From an uncultured delta proteobacterium (GTDB lineage Bacteria > Myxococcota_A > UBA9160 > SZUA-336), in contig CAVPHD010000001.1 in NCBI GenBank assembly GCA_963704165.1, positions 544,001 to 608,000 on the forward strand: DNA of 64,000 nt. Reading direction: 5' to 3'. The notes beneath the pieces are model-generated. The model was given only the letters and a program-made list of their open reading frames with translations, had not been told where the DNA came from and ran no database searches. This document shows positions 1-16,758 of the stretch, piece by piece. Each line of letters starts with the position of its first letter. The stretch's first letter is position 1. The translations under genes and the position numbers were made by a program.

Positions 1-3155
<3,155 letters not shown>

Positions 3156-3159
<4 letters not shown>

Positions 3160-4256
3160 GGCTCTTCCGCGCATTCGGGGTCCGAACACCAGCGCGCCGG
3201 CAGCGCCGACCTGAACCCCGCCGACAGATTCTCGAAGGCTTCGTCGAAACGCGCCGCCTCGTCGGTGGCGAACGCGGACGTGCCGCGTGCGACCGCATCG
3301 CTCGACAGCACGCCTCGAAGCAAGAGGCCGCGCTTCAGAGCGGCCAGACTCCGCTTGCCCGACGGAAACCGGTAGCTCTCGGAGAACGCACGGAAGAGCG
3401 CGGCGAGCTCGTCCATGCGCTCGACGTCACCCGCGCCCGCGACCTGCCAGGCACGCTGCCACTCGCGCGGCCAGAGATTCGCGGGACCCGACACGACCCC
3501 CGCCGGAAGCTGGTCGTGAAGCAGGAAGCGATTCCAGTGCTCGCGCAGGGCGCCGAGAAGGCCCGAGCGCGGGCGCATCATCTCGAGAATGTGCAAGGCC
3601 TCACCGACGTAGATCCCGAACGCGCCGCGATCTCGAAACTGACGCGCGGCCTTGGTGTAGTGACCGAGCTTGCGCGGCGGCGCCGATACCTTGATCCCGC
3701 GCACGAAGTCGAGCCGCGAGAGCTGCTTCACCCACTTCGTGCGCAGATGGGCGATGTCTCCCGCCGAGATGTCGGCGTTGTCGTACAGGAAGATCGGCAG
3801 CCTGCGCTCGCGTGCGTCGAGCAGATCCGCGACGTCGCGGGCGATGAAGCGAACGGGGTCGTCGATGTCGCGGATCGCCAGCGGCGCGATCACCCCGGCA
3901 TGCGCACCGACGTCGAGCGCGAGCTCGAGCGTTTCGAGCGTCTCCTCGCGGGTCGGCGCGGTCAGCCCGACCCACGCCTCCACCGTTCGGTGTCCGGCCT
4001 GCGCGAGCCGCGCCTCGTGCTTGCGGGTCTCCTCGACCACGACGCGAATCACCCGATGGCGGCGCGTCTGGTCGAGCCGGTTCCACTCGCCGGTCGTCCC
4101 CATCACGAAGATCACGTCCGCGCCGCGTCCGGCCTGGATCAGGTAGCGCACCAGGCGACGCTGATCGGCGTCGATCGGCTCGCCGCCCGCGTCGACGCAG
4201 GTGATGCAGGGAATCGAGAGGCCGCCGCGCGGCGTGTAGTTTTCGAGCGTGCGCAC
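3156..4256 (-). CDS. Dihydrodipicolinate synthase/N-acetylneuraminate lyase-family (class I) aldolase
   Basis: GTTGE motif, LYDN tyrosine and GIKVS Schiff-base lysine. Confidence 0.8.
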
Positions 4257-4265
4257 GTCCCGAAC

Positions 4266-5294
4266 TTACGTCCCCTGTTGGCGCGGGTCGAGGGCATCGC
4301 GCAGCCCGTCCCCGAGCAGGTTGTACGCGGTCACCGTGACGAAGATCGCGGCGCCGGGGAAGACGGCGAGCCACCACGCGGTGGTGTTGGACTGCGCGAC
4401 CGCGAGGATCGATCCCCAGGTGACGACGTGCGCGGGCACGCCGATGCCCAGGAACGACAGGCCCGACTCGGTCAGGATCGCGCTCGCGACGCCGAACGAC
4501 ATCGAGACCAGCACGGGCGCGATCGCGTTGGGCAGGATGTGGCGGAGCATGATGCGCGTGTCTCTCGCGCCGAGGCTCTGCGCCGCCGCGACGTAGTCCA
4601 TCGCGCGGACGCGCAGGAACTCGCTGCGAATCAGACGCGCGATCCCGACCCAGCCGGTCAACCCGAGGATCACCATGATCAGATAGACCGACGGTTTGAA
4701 GACGGCGGCGACCGTGATGATCAGGAAGAACGTCGGGATGCCGAGCATCACCTCGAAGATCCGCGAGAGCACCAGGTCCGCCGGTCCGCCGTAATAGCCG
4801 GCGATCCCGCCGAGCAGAACTCCGATCGAGGCCTGGATCGCGACGACCACGAGTCCGATCGTGAGGGAGACGCGGATGCCGTGAATCAGACCGGCGGCGA
4901 CGTCCCGCCCCAGACCGTCGGTGCCGAGCCAGTGCTCGCGCGACGGGGCCTCGAAGACGTCGCCGGTGATGTCCGGCACCGTCGCGCTGTAGGGAATCGG
5001 CGGCCAGTACACGCGGTCGGCCGTCGCTGCGAGGCGCGAGAAGCGCTGGTTCGCGAGCGGTGCCGGCCACTGACGGGCGCCGAGCCAGACCTGGTAGTCG
5101 ATCAACACCGGGTAGTAGCTCTCGCCCTCGATCTCGATGTAGTACGGCTTGTCGTTCGCCACGAAATCCGCGAGCAACGCCAGCAGCGCGAGCAGTCCGA
5201 TCACGCCGATTCCGAAGACCGCCCGCCGCTCGCGCCGGAGCGCGCGCCAGACGCGGGCGCGGGCACCCTCCACCGGCTCGTTCGACGCGCTCAC
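4266..5294 (-). CDS. Opp/Dpp-type ABC transporter permease (OppC/DppC-like)
   Basis: HWLGTDGLGRD, EAA-like loop DYVAAAQSLGA and HILPN. The GTG start overlaps the upstream stop. Confidence 0.9.
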   Translation of the reverse strand: MSASNEPVEGARARVWRALRRERRAVFGIGVIGLLALLALLADFVANDKPYYIEIEGESYYPVLIDYQVWLGARQWPAPLANQRFSRLAATADRVYWPPIPYSATVPDITGDVFEAPSREHWLGTDGLGRDVAAGLIHGIRVSLTIGLVVVAIQASIGVLLGGIAGYYGGPADLVLSRIFEVMLGIPTFFLIITVAAVFKPSVYLIMVILGLTGWVGIARLIRSEFLRVRAMDYVAAAQSLGARDTRIMLRHILPNAIAPVLVSMSFGVASAILTESGLSFLGIGVPAHVVTWGSILAVAQSNTTAWWLAVFPGAAIFVTVTAYNLLGDGLRDALDPRQQGT

Positions 5295-6319
5295 GCCCGC
5301 GATTTCCCGAAGCTGATGCGCGGATCGACGAGCGCGAGCGCGATGTCGGCGAGCAGAAAGCCGACCAGCGTCAGAAACGAGCTCGCGGTGAAGAGCGCGA
5401 GAACGACCGGATAGTCGCGCGCGAGCACCGCCTGATAGCCGAGCTGCCCGATCCCGGGGATCGAGAAGATCCGCTCGATGATCACCGAGCCGCCGATCAG
5501 ACCGGGAAGGATGCCCGCGAGAATCGTCACCATCGAGATCAGCGAGTTCCGGAGCATGTGTTTGCCGATGACGGTGCGCTCGGGAAGTCCCTTGGCGCGC
5601 GCGGTGCGGATGAAATCCTGGCGCGCGTTCTCGAGCATCGCCGAACGCATGTAGCGCGAGAGCTCCGCGTAGCTGCCGAGCGTGGTCAGGAAGAGCGGCA
5701 GCGCGAGGTGATAGGCGATGTCGGCCGCGCGCTGGCCGAGCGGCCAGTCCGCGCTGTAGTCGAGCGATCGCAGGCCGCCGGGGGGGAACCACGCGAAGTA
5801 GTCCCCGCCGCAGAAAAACACGATCAGAAGCACGCCGATCCAGAAGCTCGGCAGCGAGTACAGCATGAAGATCGAGATCGTCGAGATCTGATCGAAGCGG
5901 CTGCCCGGGCGCACGGCCGAGTAGATGCCCAGCGGTATCGCGATCAGGTACATGACGAAGATCGAGACCGCGGCGATCGTGATCGTGACCGGAAGCCGCG
6001 GACGGATCTTCTCCCAGACCGGCTGGCGGTCCTTCATGCTCGTGCCGAGGTCGGAACGCAGCAGCCCCGCGAACCACCGCGCGTACTGCACGGGAATCGG
6101 CTGGTCGAGACCGAGCTCCTTTCGCAGCCGCGCCTTCGACTCCTCGAGATCGGCGAGCTTCTGCGTGCTGATGCCGCTCTGACCCGCGCCGAGCCCGCCC
6201 GAGAGGTACAGCTCGACGGGATCGCCCGGCGCGAGATGGATGATCGCGAAGCCGATGAAGGTGATCGCGATGAACGTCGGAACGAGCAGCGCGATTCGCC
6301 GGAGCAGGTAGAAGAACAC
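5291..6319 (-). CDS. Opp/Dpp-type ABC transporter permease (OppB/DppB-like)
   Basis: APGDP, LGLDQP..VQY, DFIRTARAKGL and RDYPVV. Start placed at GTG 6319. Confidence 0.9.
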   Translation of the reverse strand: MFFYLLRRIALLVPTFIAITFIGFAIIHLAPGDPVELYLSGGLGAGQSGISTQKLADLEESKARLRKELGLDQPIPVQYARWFAGLLRSDLGTSMKDRQPVWEKIRPRLPVTITIAAVSIFVMYLIAIPLGIYSAVRPGSRFDQISTISIFMLYSLPSFWIGVLLIVFFCGGDYFAWFPPGGLRSLDYSADWPLGQRAADIAYHLALPLFLTTLGSYAELSRYMRSAMLENARQDFIRTARAKGLPERTVIGKHMLRNSLISMVTILAGILPGLIGGSVIIERIFSIPGIGQLGYQAVLARDYPVVLALFTASSFLTLVGFLLADIALALVDPRISFGKSRA

Positions 6320-6330
6320 CGCGCTCGCCC

Positions 6331-8142
6331 TCAGCGATACTTCTGGCTCGCGACCGGAACCCACCACTCGGGCTCGAGCGTCGATCCGGTCGGGTACCAC
6401 GTCACGCCTTGAAACCGGCGCGCGTAGGCCGCGAGCGACTTCGGCGCGTACACCCAGGTGTAGGGTTGCTCGTCGTGCAGGATCTCCTGCACGCGGTCGT
6501 AGAGCCGCTTGCGCTCGGCCGCGTCGAACTCGACGCGATACGTCTCGAGCAGGCGATCGACCTCTGCGTGCTTGAACGAGATGTGATTCGAGCCGCCCGC
6601 GACGGCCTGCGACGAGTGCCAGATCTGGAAGAGGTCGGGCGGGATCGTCCCGCTGTTCGTCCAGCCCAGGATCACCGCGTCGTAGTCGAAGCTCTTGACC
6701 TTCTCGAGCAGGATCGACCAGTCGATCGCGCGGAAGCTCGCGTCGATTCCCGCGCGCTTGAACTCGTCGACGACGACGAGCCCGAGGTTCTTGCGGTCGT
6801 CGTTGCCGGAGTTCGAGACGATCTCGAAGCGCAGCGGCACGCGCTCACCGTCGAAGTCCTTGTCGAGAATCCCGTCGCCGTTCGTGTCGGTCCAGCCGGC
6901 CTCCGCGAGCAGCGCCTTGGCCTTCGCGGGATCGAAGCTCCAGCGCGGGAGCGCGGAGTTGAACTCGGGACGCCCGGGGTAGATCGGGGACTCGACCGGA
7001 TCGGCCAGGCCGAGCAGGAGCTTGTCGCAGACGTTCTGCTTGTCGACGAGGTGCGAGAGCGCCTGCCGCAGCCGCTTGTCCGAGAAGATCGCGCGCTTCT
7101 GGTTCCAGCCGATGTACGTGTAGCTGCCCGCGCGATCGACGTGCTTCAAGACGCGCTCGTCGAAGCGCGCGTCGCTGGTCTGCTTCAGGTACTGCACCGG
7201 GCGCAGGCCCATGAAGTCGACCGCGCCCGCCTTCAGCGCCGCGAGCGCCGCGTCGAAGTCGTTGATCACGCGGTAGACGACGCGGTCCACCCACGGATCG
7301 CCGAGCAGCGGCTGGCCGGGCGCGAAGTACCCCTCGCGATGGCGGAGCTCGATCTTCTCGCCGGTCACGTAGTCGCGCGCGGGGTCGTCGAGCACGAGCG
7401 CACCGGGGCCACGCGGCCGCCGGTTGAATCCCTCGTTGAAGGCCTTGGCGAAGCGCTGGGCGCGGTCCTTCTTCGAGGGCTCGAGCTCGTCCCAGTGATT
7501 CAGCTCGGCGACGCTGATCCCGTCGAGCAGATTCTCGGGGTCGTAGTAGCTGCGCGGGATCGGGCTGATGCCGCCGAGCATCCAGTCGTTCAGGAAGTAC
7601 ACCTCGCCGAGCTCGATGCGGACCGTGTGCGGATCGACGACCTCGGCGTCGGCCACCGAGTTGTAGTAGTTGCGCTGGGGCGCGGCGTTGACCAGCGGAT
7701 GGCGGATCGCCTTCAGCGTGAACACCACGTCCTCGGCCGTGAGCGGAGCTCCGTCGCTGAACGTGACGTCGTCGCGCAGCCGGTAGGTGTAGGTGAGATG
7801 GTCCGCCGACACCTCGGGAAGCTCGCGCGCGAGCAGCGGCTCGAGCGCGAGCGTGTTCTGATCGATGCGGACGAGCGCCGGAAAGATCCAGCCGAGCACC
7901 GCGCTCGCGCCCGCGTCGTTCGAGGTGAGCGGATTCAGGTTCTCGGGATCCGAGAGCGAGTGGATCACGAGCCAGTCGCCGCGCACCGCAGGCCCGACGT
8001 CCGCCGGCTCGGCGGTGGGTGCGGGCGCGGCCTCGGCCGCCGACTCATCCGTCGCGGCACCCGTCTTCTCGCTCTCGCCCGGTCCGCCGCACGCGACGAG
8101 CGCGAGCGCGCAGACGAGTGTGCAGAGCTTGAATCGAATCAT
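6331..8142 (-). CDS. Family 5 ABC substrate-binding lipoprotein (OppA/DppA-like)
   Basis: Lipobox LVAC after ATG 8142 (SD GGGGGA). YTYRLRDDVTFSDGAPLTAEDVVFT is the family-5 signature. Confidence 0.9.
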   Translation of the reverse strand: MIRFKLCTLVCALALVACGGPGESEKTGAATDESAAEAAPAPTAEPADVGPAVRGDWLVIHSLSDPENLNPLTSNDAGASAVLGWIFPALVRIDQNTLALEPLLARELPEVSADHLTYTYRLRDDVTFSDGAPLTAEDVVFTLKAIRHPLVNAAPQRNYYNSVADAEVVDPHTVRIELGEVYFLNDWMLGGISPIPRSYYDPENLLDGISVAELNHWDELEPSKKDRAQRFAKAFNEGFNRRPRGPGALVLDDPARDYVTGEKIELRHREGYFAPGQPLLGDPWVDRVVYRVINDFDAALAALKAGAVDFMGLRPVQYLKQTSDARFDERVLKHVDRAGSYTYIGWNQKRAIFSDKRLRQALSHLVDKQNVCDKLLLGLADPVESPIYPGRPEFNSALPRWSFDPAKAKALLAEAGWTDTNGDGILDKDFDGERVPLRFEIVSNSGNDDRKNLGLVVVDEFKRAGIDASFRAIDWSILLEKVKSFDYDAVILGWTNSGTIPPDLFQIWHSSQAVAGGSNHISFKHAEVDRLLETYRVEFDAAERKRLYDRVQEILHDEQPYTWVYAPKSLAAYARRFQGVTWYPTGSTLEPEWWVPVASQKYR

Positions 8143-8275
8143 TGAATCCCCCCGATGGACGCGTCCGAGATCTTGCCCTTGCAAGAAAGCCCTCGCACGG
8201 ACCATAGCTCGCGCTATGATCCGATTCGCTCCTGATCGTCCTCCCCGATTCACAACTTCCCCCCTCGAGGGATGC

Positions 8276-8509
8276 ATGAACGGCAGCACAGACTGCAGGG
8301 GTGGCGACCGCCGGGCGAACGAGCGCGGCGTACCACTCGAGCTCGTGATCGGGCGCGAGACGATTCGCGTCTGGCTCGACGACGCGGGTATCCATTTCCG
8401 ACACGCGGACGGATCGCCCACCGAGGGGCACTTGCCCTGGTCGGTCGCCATCGCGATGTCGCTCATTCCCGCCGATTCACCTCGCATCGGAACGATCGAG
8501 GCCGCATAG
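8276..8509 (+). CDS. Small hypothetical protein (77 aa)
   Basis: ATG with an upstream GAGGGA; it fills the gap before the next gene. No family recognised. Confidence 0.35.
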   Translation: MNGSTDCRGGDRRANERGVPLELVIGRETIRVWLDDAGIHFRHADGSPTEGHLPWSVAIAMSLIPADSPRIGTIEAA

Positions 8510-8514
8510 CCGGA

Positions 8515-9254
8515 ATGGGTCTTCTCTTCGGACTTCTCGGCTTCGTCGCAGGGAGCGGATTCGCGTGGTTGATTCTGCGCCGGAGACGACCGCCAACGCC
8601 GGTGGTGTCGCTCGCCGATCGCGACGTCGTTCCGGAGCGCAAACCCCTCACCCCGGTGCGCGAGCTCGGCGTGGAGCGGGAGAACGATCGTGCGGCGCCT
8701 CCCCACCTGATCTCGCTGATCGGCGACGCGATCCGCGAGCCGCTGCGCCAGCTTCGCCGCTCGGGAGAGGTGCCGGGCGAGGCGCTCGCGAGGCTCGAGC
8801 GGATCGCCTGGCAGGTGCGGATGCTCGTCGCGAGACCGCGTCCGATGCGCGCGGCGCCCACGGCTCCGATCGCGCTGCTCCAGGAAGCGGCTGAGCAGAT
8901 TCCGCTCCTGCGCGACGGCTCGGTCGGCACCTCGTGGTCGGTGCTGAACCGTCAGCCCGTTCACGTCGATCCCGAGCGAATGCGCGCCGCATTCCGGGCG
9001 CTGCTCGAGTCCGGCGCGGAGCTCGCCGGCGTGGGCGGCCGGATCGGAATCAAGATCCTGCGCGGTGACGCGGAGGGCTTCCCGGTCCAGATCGAGATCG
9101 AGATCGGCCGCCGCGGCACCGAGCTCGACGCGCTCTCGATGCTCGTGACGCGTCACCTGATCGAGAGCCAGGGCGGCCGGCTCGAGATCGACGGCAACAT
9201 GACGCGCGTCTCGCTGCGAAATGCCGGACCCGAGGAGCAGATCGCCTCGGTCGC

Positions 9255-9258
<4 letters not shown>
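8515..9258 (+). CDS. Membrane-anchored degenerate histidine-kinase-like protein
   Basis: N-terminal TM segment. HisKA-like segment IGDAIREPL lacks the His. HATPase-like tail ([10 protein letters not shown]...[11 protein letters not shown]) lacks N/G boxes. Confidence 0.55.
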
Positions 9259-12037
<2,779 letters not shown>

Positions 12038-12041
<4 letters not shown>

Positions 12042-12994
12042 GACGGCAGCCTCGAGAGCTCGCGGCGCAGCAGCACGAGGAAGAGCGGCCCGCCGACGAG
12101 CGCGGTGAGGGCGCCGACCGGAAGCTCGATCGGCGCGAGCACGACGCGCGCGAGCGTGTCCGCGATCACCAGGAAGGCCGCGCCGGCGAGCGCCGAGGCG
12201 GGAAGCAGCGTGCGGTGGTCGGAGCCGATCGCCAGACGGAGCAGGTGCGGCACGATCAGGCCGACGAATCCGATCAGACCCGACACCGCGACCGACGCGC
12301 CGATCATCAGCGCGCTCGCGGCGAGGACGTGCCGGCGCGTGCGCGGCACGTCGACACCGAGGTGGGCCGCCGTCTCGTCGCCCTGCGCGAGCAGGTTCAG
12401 CGCGTAGGCGTGGCGCAGCGCGATTCCGAGTCCGATCGCGAAGAGCGCCGCCACGCCCGCGAGAAGCGCCGGCTCGACCAGGCGGATCGAGCCGATCAGC
12501 CAGAGGAAGACGCTCGCGACCCGCGACAGATCCGCGGCGCTGGTCACGAACACGATCAGCGACGATGCGAACGCGTTGAACACGACGCCGGTGAGCAGCA
12601 GGCTGTGCGCGGGAGCGCGACCGCCCGAAGCCGGCGATCGCGTAGAGCAAGAGGCTCGCGCCGAGCGCCCCGGCGAACGCGACCAGCGGCACGGCCGAAC
12701 CGCCGAGCCAGAACCCGGCGCCGAGCGCCAGCGCCGCGACGCCGCCGAGCGCCGCGCCACCCGAGATTCCGAGCACGTACGGATCGGCGAGCGGATTCTG
12801 CAGGAGCGCCTGGAGCAGCGCTCCCGCCGTCGCCAGCCCCGCGCCGACGATCGCGGCGAGCAGCGCGCGCGGCAGGCGGATCTCGAAGCACGATCGCGGC
12901 GGTCGGATTCTGCGCCGACCCGATCCACAGGCTTGCGCCGACGCAGGCGAGCACGAGCAGCCCGAGCCATCCGAGCACCGGACGCGAAGCTCAC
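12038..12994 (-). CDS. FecCD/BtuC-family ABC permease (several apparent frameshifts ~12980, ~12890, ~12625)
   Basis: [35 protein letters not shown] and ELPVG..TALVGGP, spread over frames. Confidence 0.85.
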
Positions 12995-13860
12995 GGCGCG
13001 CGGCTCGCTTCGAAGTCGGGGTGGACGCGCGCGCGCAGGATCCGCGCGCCCTCGGCGAGCCGCGCGCCGGGCAACGTCGCGACGCGCGACGACACGATCT
13101 CGACGCGGCGCACGAAGCTGAAGCGCGACCAATAGGCACGGGCTTCGCGCTCCGTCTCCGGTCCGGTCGCCGCGACCTGCGTCGAGTCGATCAGCACGTC
13201 GGGAGCGCGCTCGGCGAGAAGCTCGAGCGAAACCTGTGGATAGGCGCTCGGAAGGTCGGCGAAGACATTTCGCCCGCCGGCGACCTCGATCAACGCGCTC
13301 GCGAAGCTGCCGCCCGCGGCGACGTAGAGCGGCTCGCGTTCGACGACCAGCGCGACGCTCGGTCGCGCGAACACTTCGACCGAACGCGAGACGTCGGCGA
13401 GTTGCTCGCGCACGCGAGCGACGAGCGCCCGCGCTTCGGGCTCGCGCCCGATCTCTCGCCCGATCTCCTCGTAGGTGCCGAGGACCCGTTCGAGCGAGCC
13501 GCTCGAATCGATCTCGTGGACGCGGATGCCGCGCGAACGGAGCTGCGCGAAGAACGCCCCCTGCGACTCGCTCCGAACGCCGAGCACCAGCGTCGGCCGG
13601 AGTTCGAGCGCGCGCTCGAGGTCGGGCGCGAAGAGACCGCCGAGCGAGGGCAGCTCGCCAATTCCCGGAAGCGCGCGCGAGTACTGGTCGACGCCGACCA
13701 GCATGTCTCGCTCACCGAGCGCCATGACGATGTCGGTCGTCGAGGGCGAGAGTGAGATGACGCGCGGCACGCCGATCTCGGCCGCGGGCTCGCTCGCGCT
13801 GCACGCGCAGGAGACCGCGATGGCGAATGCGATCCAGCGGGCGCTTCGGGGGATGCGCAC
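12991..13860 (-). CDS. Helical-backbone (BtuF/FecB-like) substrate-binding protein
   Basis: [32 protein letters not shown] and VSLELL..RAPDVLI; signal peptide. Confidence 0.88.
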   Translation of the reverse strand: MRIPRSARWIAFAIAVSCACSASEPAAEIGVPRVISLSPSTTDIVMALGERDMLVGVDQYSRALPGIGELPSLGGLFAPDLERALELRPTLVLGVRSESQGAFFAQLRSRGIRVHEIDSSGSLERVLGTYEEIGREIGREPEARALVARVREQLADVSRSVEVFARPSVALVVEREPLYVAAGGSFASALIEVAGGRNVFADLPSAYPQVSLELLAERAPDVLIDSTQVAATGPETEREARAYWSRFSFVRRVEIVSSRVATLPGARLAEGARILRARVHPDFEASRAP

Positions 13861-13944
13861 GACGCTGTTCTAGCACTTCACTCGCGCGCGCGTCCCGAAA
13901 GCGGGGGCGCGGACGACCCTGCGGCCGCCGCGCCCCCGGACCGT

Positions 13945-14289
13945 TCAGTTGCCCGACTGCGCGGTCGTCTTGCCGTCGAGCGTCACGTGCGGCCGCATGC
14001 GCTCGAGCGCCTTGTCACCGATGCCCTTCACTTCCGAAAGGTCGTCGACGCGCTTGAACGCACCGTGCTGCTTGCGGTACTCGAGGATGGCCTGCGCCTT
14101 CGCAGGGCCGACACCGGGCAGGAGCGAGAGCTCCTCCGCGGTGGCCGAGTTCACGTTGACGACACCGGCAATTGCGGCGCCTCCCGCGTGCCCGGCCGGC
14201 TCGTTCCCGGCGGCGATGGCCACGTTGCACAGAAATGCCACCAGCGCGATCGCGCTCGCGGCCCGGACGATCCTTGCTCGGATCTTCAT
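13945..14289 (-). CDS. ComEA-family helix-hairpin-helix DNA-binding protein
   Basis: Signal peptide plus VNVNSATAEEL..LPGVGPAKAQAI..YR...GAFK.VDDL.EVKGIG. Confidence 0.88.
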   Translation of the reverse strand: MKIRARIVRAASAIALVAFLCNVAIAAGNEPAGHAGGAAIAGVVNVNSATAEELSLLPGVGPAKAQAILEYRKQHGAFKRVDDLSEVKGIGDKALERMRPHVTLDGKTTAQSGN

Positions 14290-14347
14290 ACCCTGCCTTT
14301 CCTTCGTTGGGGTGAGGAAAGCGGGTGAGGCGGGGAAACCTGTTGGA

Positions 14348-15359
14348 CTAGCTCTGGCGGCCGACGACGAAGTCCGCGAGCGCGAGCATCGCGTGCTTCG
14401 CCTCGCAATCCACGAACGGTTCGATCTGCGAGCGCGCCTGGCTGCCGAGCTGCTCCGCACGGGCGAGCGCGCTCTCGACGCCACGGTGCCGGGCCACGCA
14501 CTCGGCCACGCGTTGCACGCTCTCGCGGTCCGGGCTGCGCCCGGCGGCGCTCTGCAGCGCGAACTCCTTCAAGAGGGCCGAGATCGCATCGCGCTCCCCT
14601 GTGCTGCAGCGCTTCAGGGTCGCGATCAACGGCAGCGTGAGCTTTCCCTCCGCCACGTCGGTGAGTGGCGCCTTGCCGAGGTCCCGCTCCGTGCCGGCGT
14701 AGTCGAGCGCGTCATCGACGAGCTGGAAGGCGAGGCCGAGGAGCCAGCCGTACTCGCGAACGGCGCGCCGCTCGGAACGAGTCACGCCACCGAGGATCGC
14801 ACCCGCCTCGGCCGCGGCGGCGAGCAGGCTCGACGTCTTTCCGCCGATCACTTCTAGGTAGGTCGGTCTCGTTCATCTCGGGATCGAAGCTGCGCGTCAG
14901 CTGAAGGACCTCGCCCTCGGCCATCGCGCGGATGCTCTCGGCGAAGGCCGCGAGAATGTCGGGGTCCCCGTCCTCGACGAGCGTCTGACAGGTTCGCGCG
15001 TAGAGGAAGTCGCCGACGAGGATCGCGAGCTTGCTGCCGAAGTGCGCGTTCACGCTCGGACGCCCGCGCCGGGTCTCCGCGCCGTCGACGACGTCGTCGT
15101 GCAGGAGCGACGCGCTGTGCAGGTACTCGGCCGCGGCCGCGATCTGGATCGCGCGCGGACCGCGATAGCCGCAGAGTCGAGCGGCGAGCAGAACCATGAC
15201 GGGCCGGACGCGTTTGCCGCCGCTTCCGAACGTGTGCTCGCCGATCGTCGGAATCACCGGCGCGACGGAGCGCATGCCGGCACGCATGACGCGCTCGACC
15301 TGATCGAGGTCGTCGCGCAGGAAGCTGATGATGCGGTCGAGATCGGGGGCGGCTGTCAA
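14348..15359 (-). CDS. Polyprenyl diphosphate synthase (IspB-like), frameshift ~14862
   Basis: GGKRVRP, first DDxxD (LLHDDVVD...RRG) and second AFQLVDDALD...GK motif in two frames. Confidence 0.88.
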
Positions 15360-15411
15360 CTCGCTTGCATCCGGTAGGAGGTTCGGCGAGTCTAGCCCGC
15401 GGCGGGGGGCG

Positions 15412-15468
15412 ATGTCAAAGATTCCGATGCCAAATCCGCTTCCATTCCAAGTAGTTAACGGAAGTTCT
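15412..15468 (+). pseudogene. bioF: Detached original 5' end of bioF (MSKIPMPNPLPFQVVNGSS), cut off by the IS
   Basis: ATGs at 15412 and 15427 read to the TSD. Removing the IS plus one TSD joins them in frame to RLDAEL... at 19041. Confidence 0.65.
15461..15468 (+). repeat. Left 8-bp target-site duplication GAAGTTCT
   Basis: Identical to 19033-19040; abuts the left TIR. Confidence 0.88.
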
Positions 15469-15490
15469 CGGAATTAGGTACTTGACGCAA
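15469..15490 (+). repeat. Left terminal inverted repeat CGGAATTAGGTACTTGACGCAA
   Basis: 19/22 match to the reverse complement of 19011-19032 (GGCAATTAGATACTTGACGCAA). Confidence 0.9.
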
Positions 15491-15522
15491 CAGTCTCCGC
15501 CTGACCCTAGACTAGGCGCAGT

Positions 15523-15828
15523 TCATTGAGACGGTGTGACCTTGGACCTCCGCAGCGTCGGCCAGTCGGAGAACCCAAGTGCCCAGCGAGCCGCGAAGAT
15601 GCAGCCGGCGATTGGAGCCCACTTCCCGGCGTGGAAAACGATCACCAGCCTGAGCATTCGGAGTGCGGGGCTCGCGGCCTCGACCCCGACGGGAGCGAAC
15701 AGGGAGTCGCCCCCGCTCAACACTCGAACGACCGAATCGAGCGACTTGAACATCTGCCAGGACCAATACGCCGACCAAACAGCGATCGCGAGCCGACACG
15801 CAAAGCCGAACCAGTTCTCCCGTTTCAC
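15523..15828 (-). CDS. IS passenger: small hypothetical membrane protein (101 aa)
   Basis: GTG with an upstream GGAG, two hydrophobic segments, co-oriented with the other cargo genes. Confidence 0.45.
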   Translation of the reverse strand: MKRENWFGFACRLAIAVWSAYWSWQMFKSLDSVVRVLSGGDSLFAPVGVEAASPALRMLRLVIVFHAGKWAPIAGCIFAARWALGFSDWPTLRRSKVTPSQ

Positions 15829-15844
15829 GCCGCGGGTCTCCGGC

Positions 15845-16012
15845 TCAGCGCCGAACCGCTTTGCGCCGTGTTCTCTTCTTCTTCGGCCGCTCCGGCCATC
15901 CGCCCTCGGGCTTTCGCTTGGAGACCGCTCCTTTCAGCGCATCCTCCCAGGTTCCTGGCAGATGTAGCGCTCTAGCGTCTGGCCCGGTGTTCTTGGTCTT
16001 CCGATTTGCCAC
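15845..16012 (-). CDS. IS passenger: small basic protein (55 aa; TGPD..LHLPGTWEDALKGAV.KRKPEGGWP)
   Basis: GTG 10 nt after the NYN stop. It resembles small basic ORFs I recall accompanying IS1595 transposases (not verified). Confidence 0.5.
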   Translation of the reverse strand: MANRKTKNTGPDARALHLPGTWEDALKGAVSKRKPEGGWPERPKKKRTRRKAVRR

Positions 16013-16022
16013 GGGTGAAACT

Positions 16023-16673
16023 CTAAGAGCCTGCCGGCGGCAAGTATTTCTGGGGGCAGCGGGCAACCACGATTCCCGTCGAGTCCTTGACCTCTAGGGG
16101 AAAGAGGCTCTTGCGCAGGTGTTTCGGCTCGATACTGCGAAGGCTCGGATATCCACCGAATGCGTGCACGATCTCCTTGCTGTGCCGCCGCTTCGGTGGC
16201 GCAACGAGCCGAAGGGGCTTCGTGGGGAACTGCGTTCTGAGCATTCGCACAACAGGCGCCAGATCGGAGTCTGCCGAGAGAAGAAGTCCCATATCGTACG
16301 AGTTCTTGTACGCCTCGTTCAGCATGAAGAGGCCGATGTTCACGTCCGTCTCCTTTTCCTCGTGCGCGATCCACTTCCCGCCGCACTTCTTGCAACTGCG
16401 GTCCTTCGGCTTAAAGAACCCCATGACCGGCGTCACCCCCACGCCTTCCAGTGCAGCAACGTATTCGCGGTGGCGTGCATATGCATCTGGAAGCCATGTG
16501 GCGTACGCAGAGAAGTAGTAGATCTCGCGCAACTCTTGGTATGGCTTGGGAACAAAGAGCTGCAGGAGCGCCCTTAGGTTCAACCACTTGAAGTGGTTCT
16601 GTCCAATGTCATCAAGCGCATGGTAGATGTTGAACCCATCGACAAAGGCCGCGACTCGTTGTGTCCGTACCAT
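16023..16673 (-). CDS. NYN-domain (LabA/DUF88, PIN-like) putative ribonuclease with CxxC insert
   Basis: FVDGFNIYH, EEKETDVNI and LLSADSDLAP acidic motifs intact; CKKC insert. ATG 16673 has SD GAGGG. Confidence 0.88.
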   Translation of the reverse strand: MVRTQRVAAFVDGFNIYHALDDIGQNHFKWLNLRALLQLFVPKPYQELREIYYFSAYATWLPDAYARHREYVAALEGVGVTPVMGFFKPKDRSCKKCGGKWIAHEEKETDVNIGLFMLNEAYKNSYDMGLLLSADSDLAPVVRMLRTQFPTKPLRLVAPPKRRHSKEIVHAFGGYPSLRSIEPKHLRKSLFPLEVKDSTGIVVARCPQKYLPPAGS

Positions 16674-16758
16674 GTTGGCCCTCAAGTCCGGCTGGACGAC
16701 AGCCGAATCCGCGTCTAAGATTCGCCTTGAGTCATCCCGCAAGGTTCGCCCTTGCGCC

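Noticed and set aside
13861..13944. Cobalamin riboswitch before the BtuF-like gene
   Set aside because: The 84-nt gap is too short and has no B12-box; the transporter substrate is left unassigned.
15354..15460. BirA operator before bioF
   Set aside because: A TGTCAAC half-site is present but there is no matching inverted half at the expected distance.
15482..15513. Inward promoter from the left TIR (TTGACG ... TAGACT)
   Set aside because: The 20-nt spacer is too long for sigma70.
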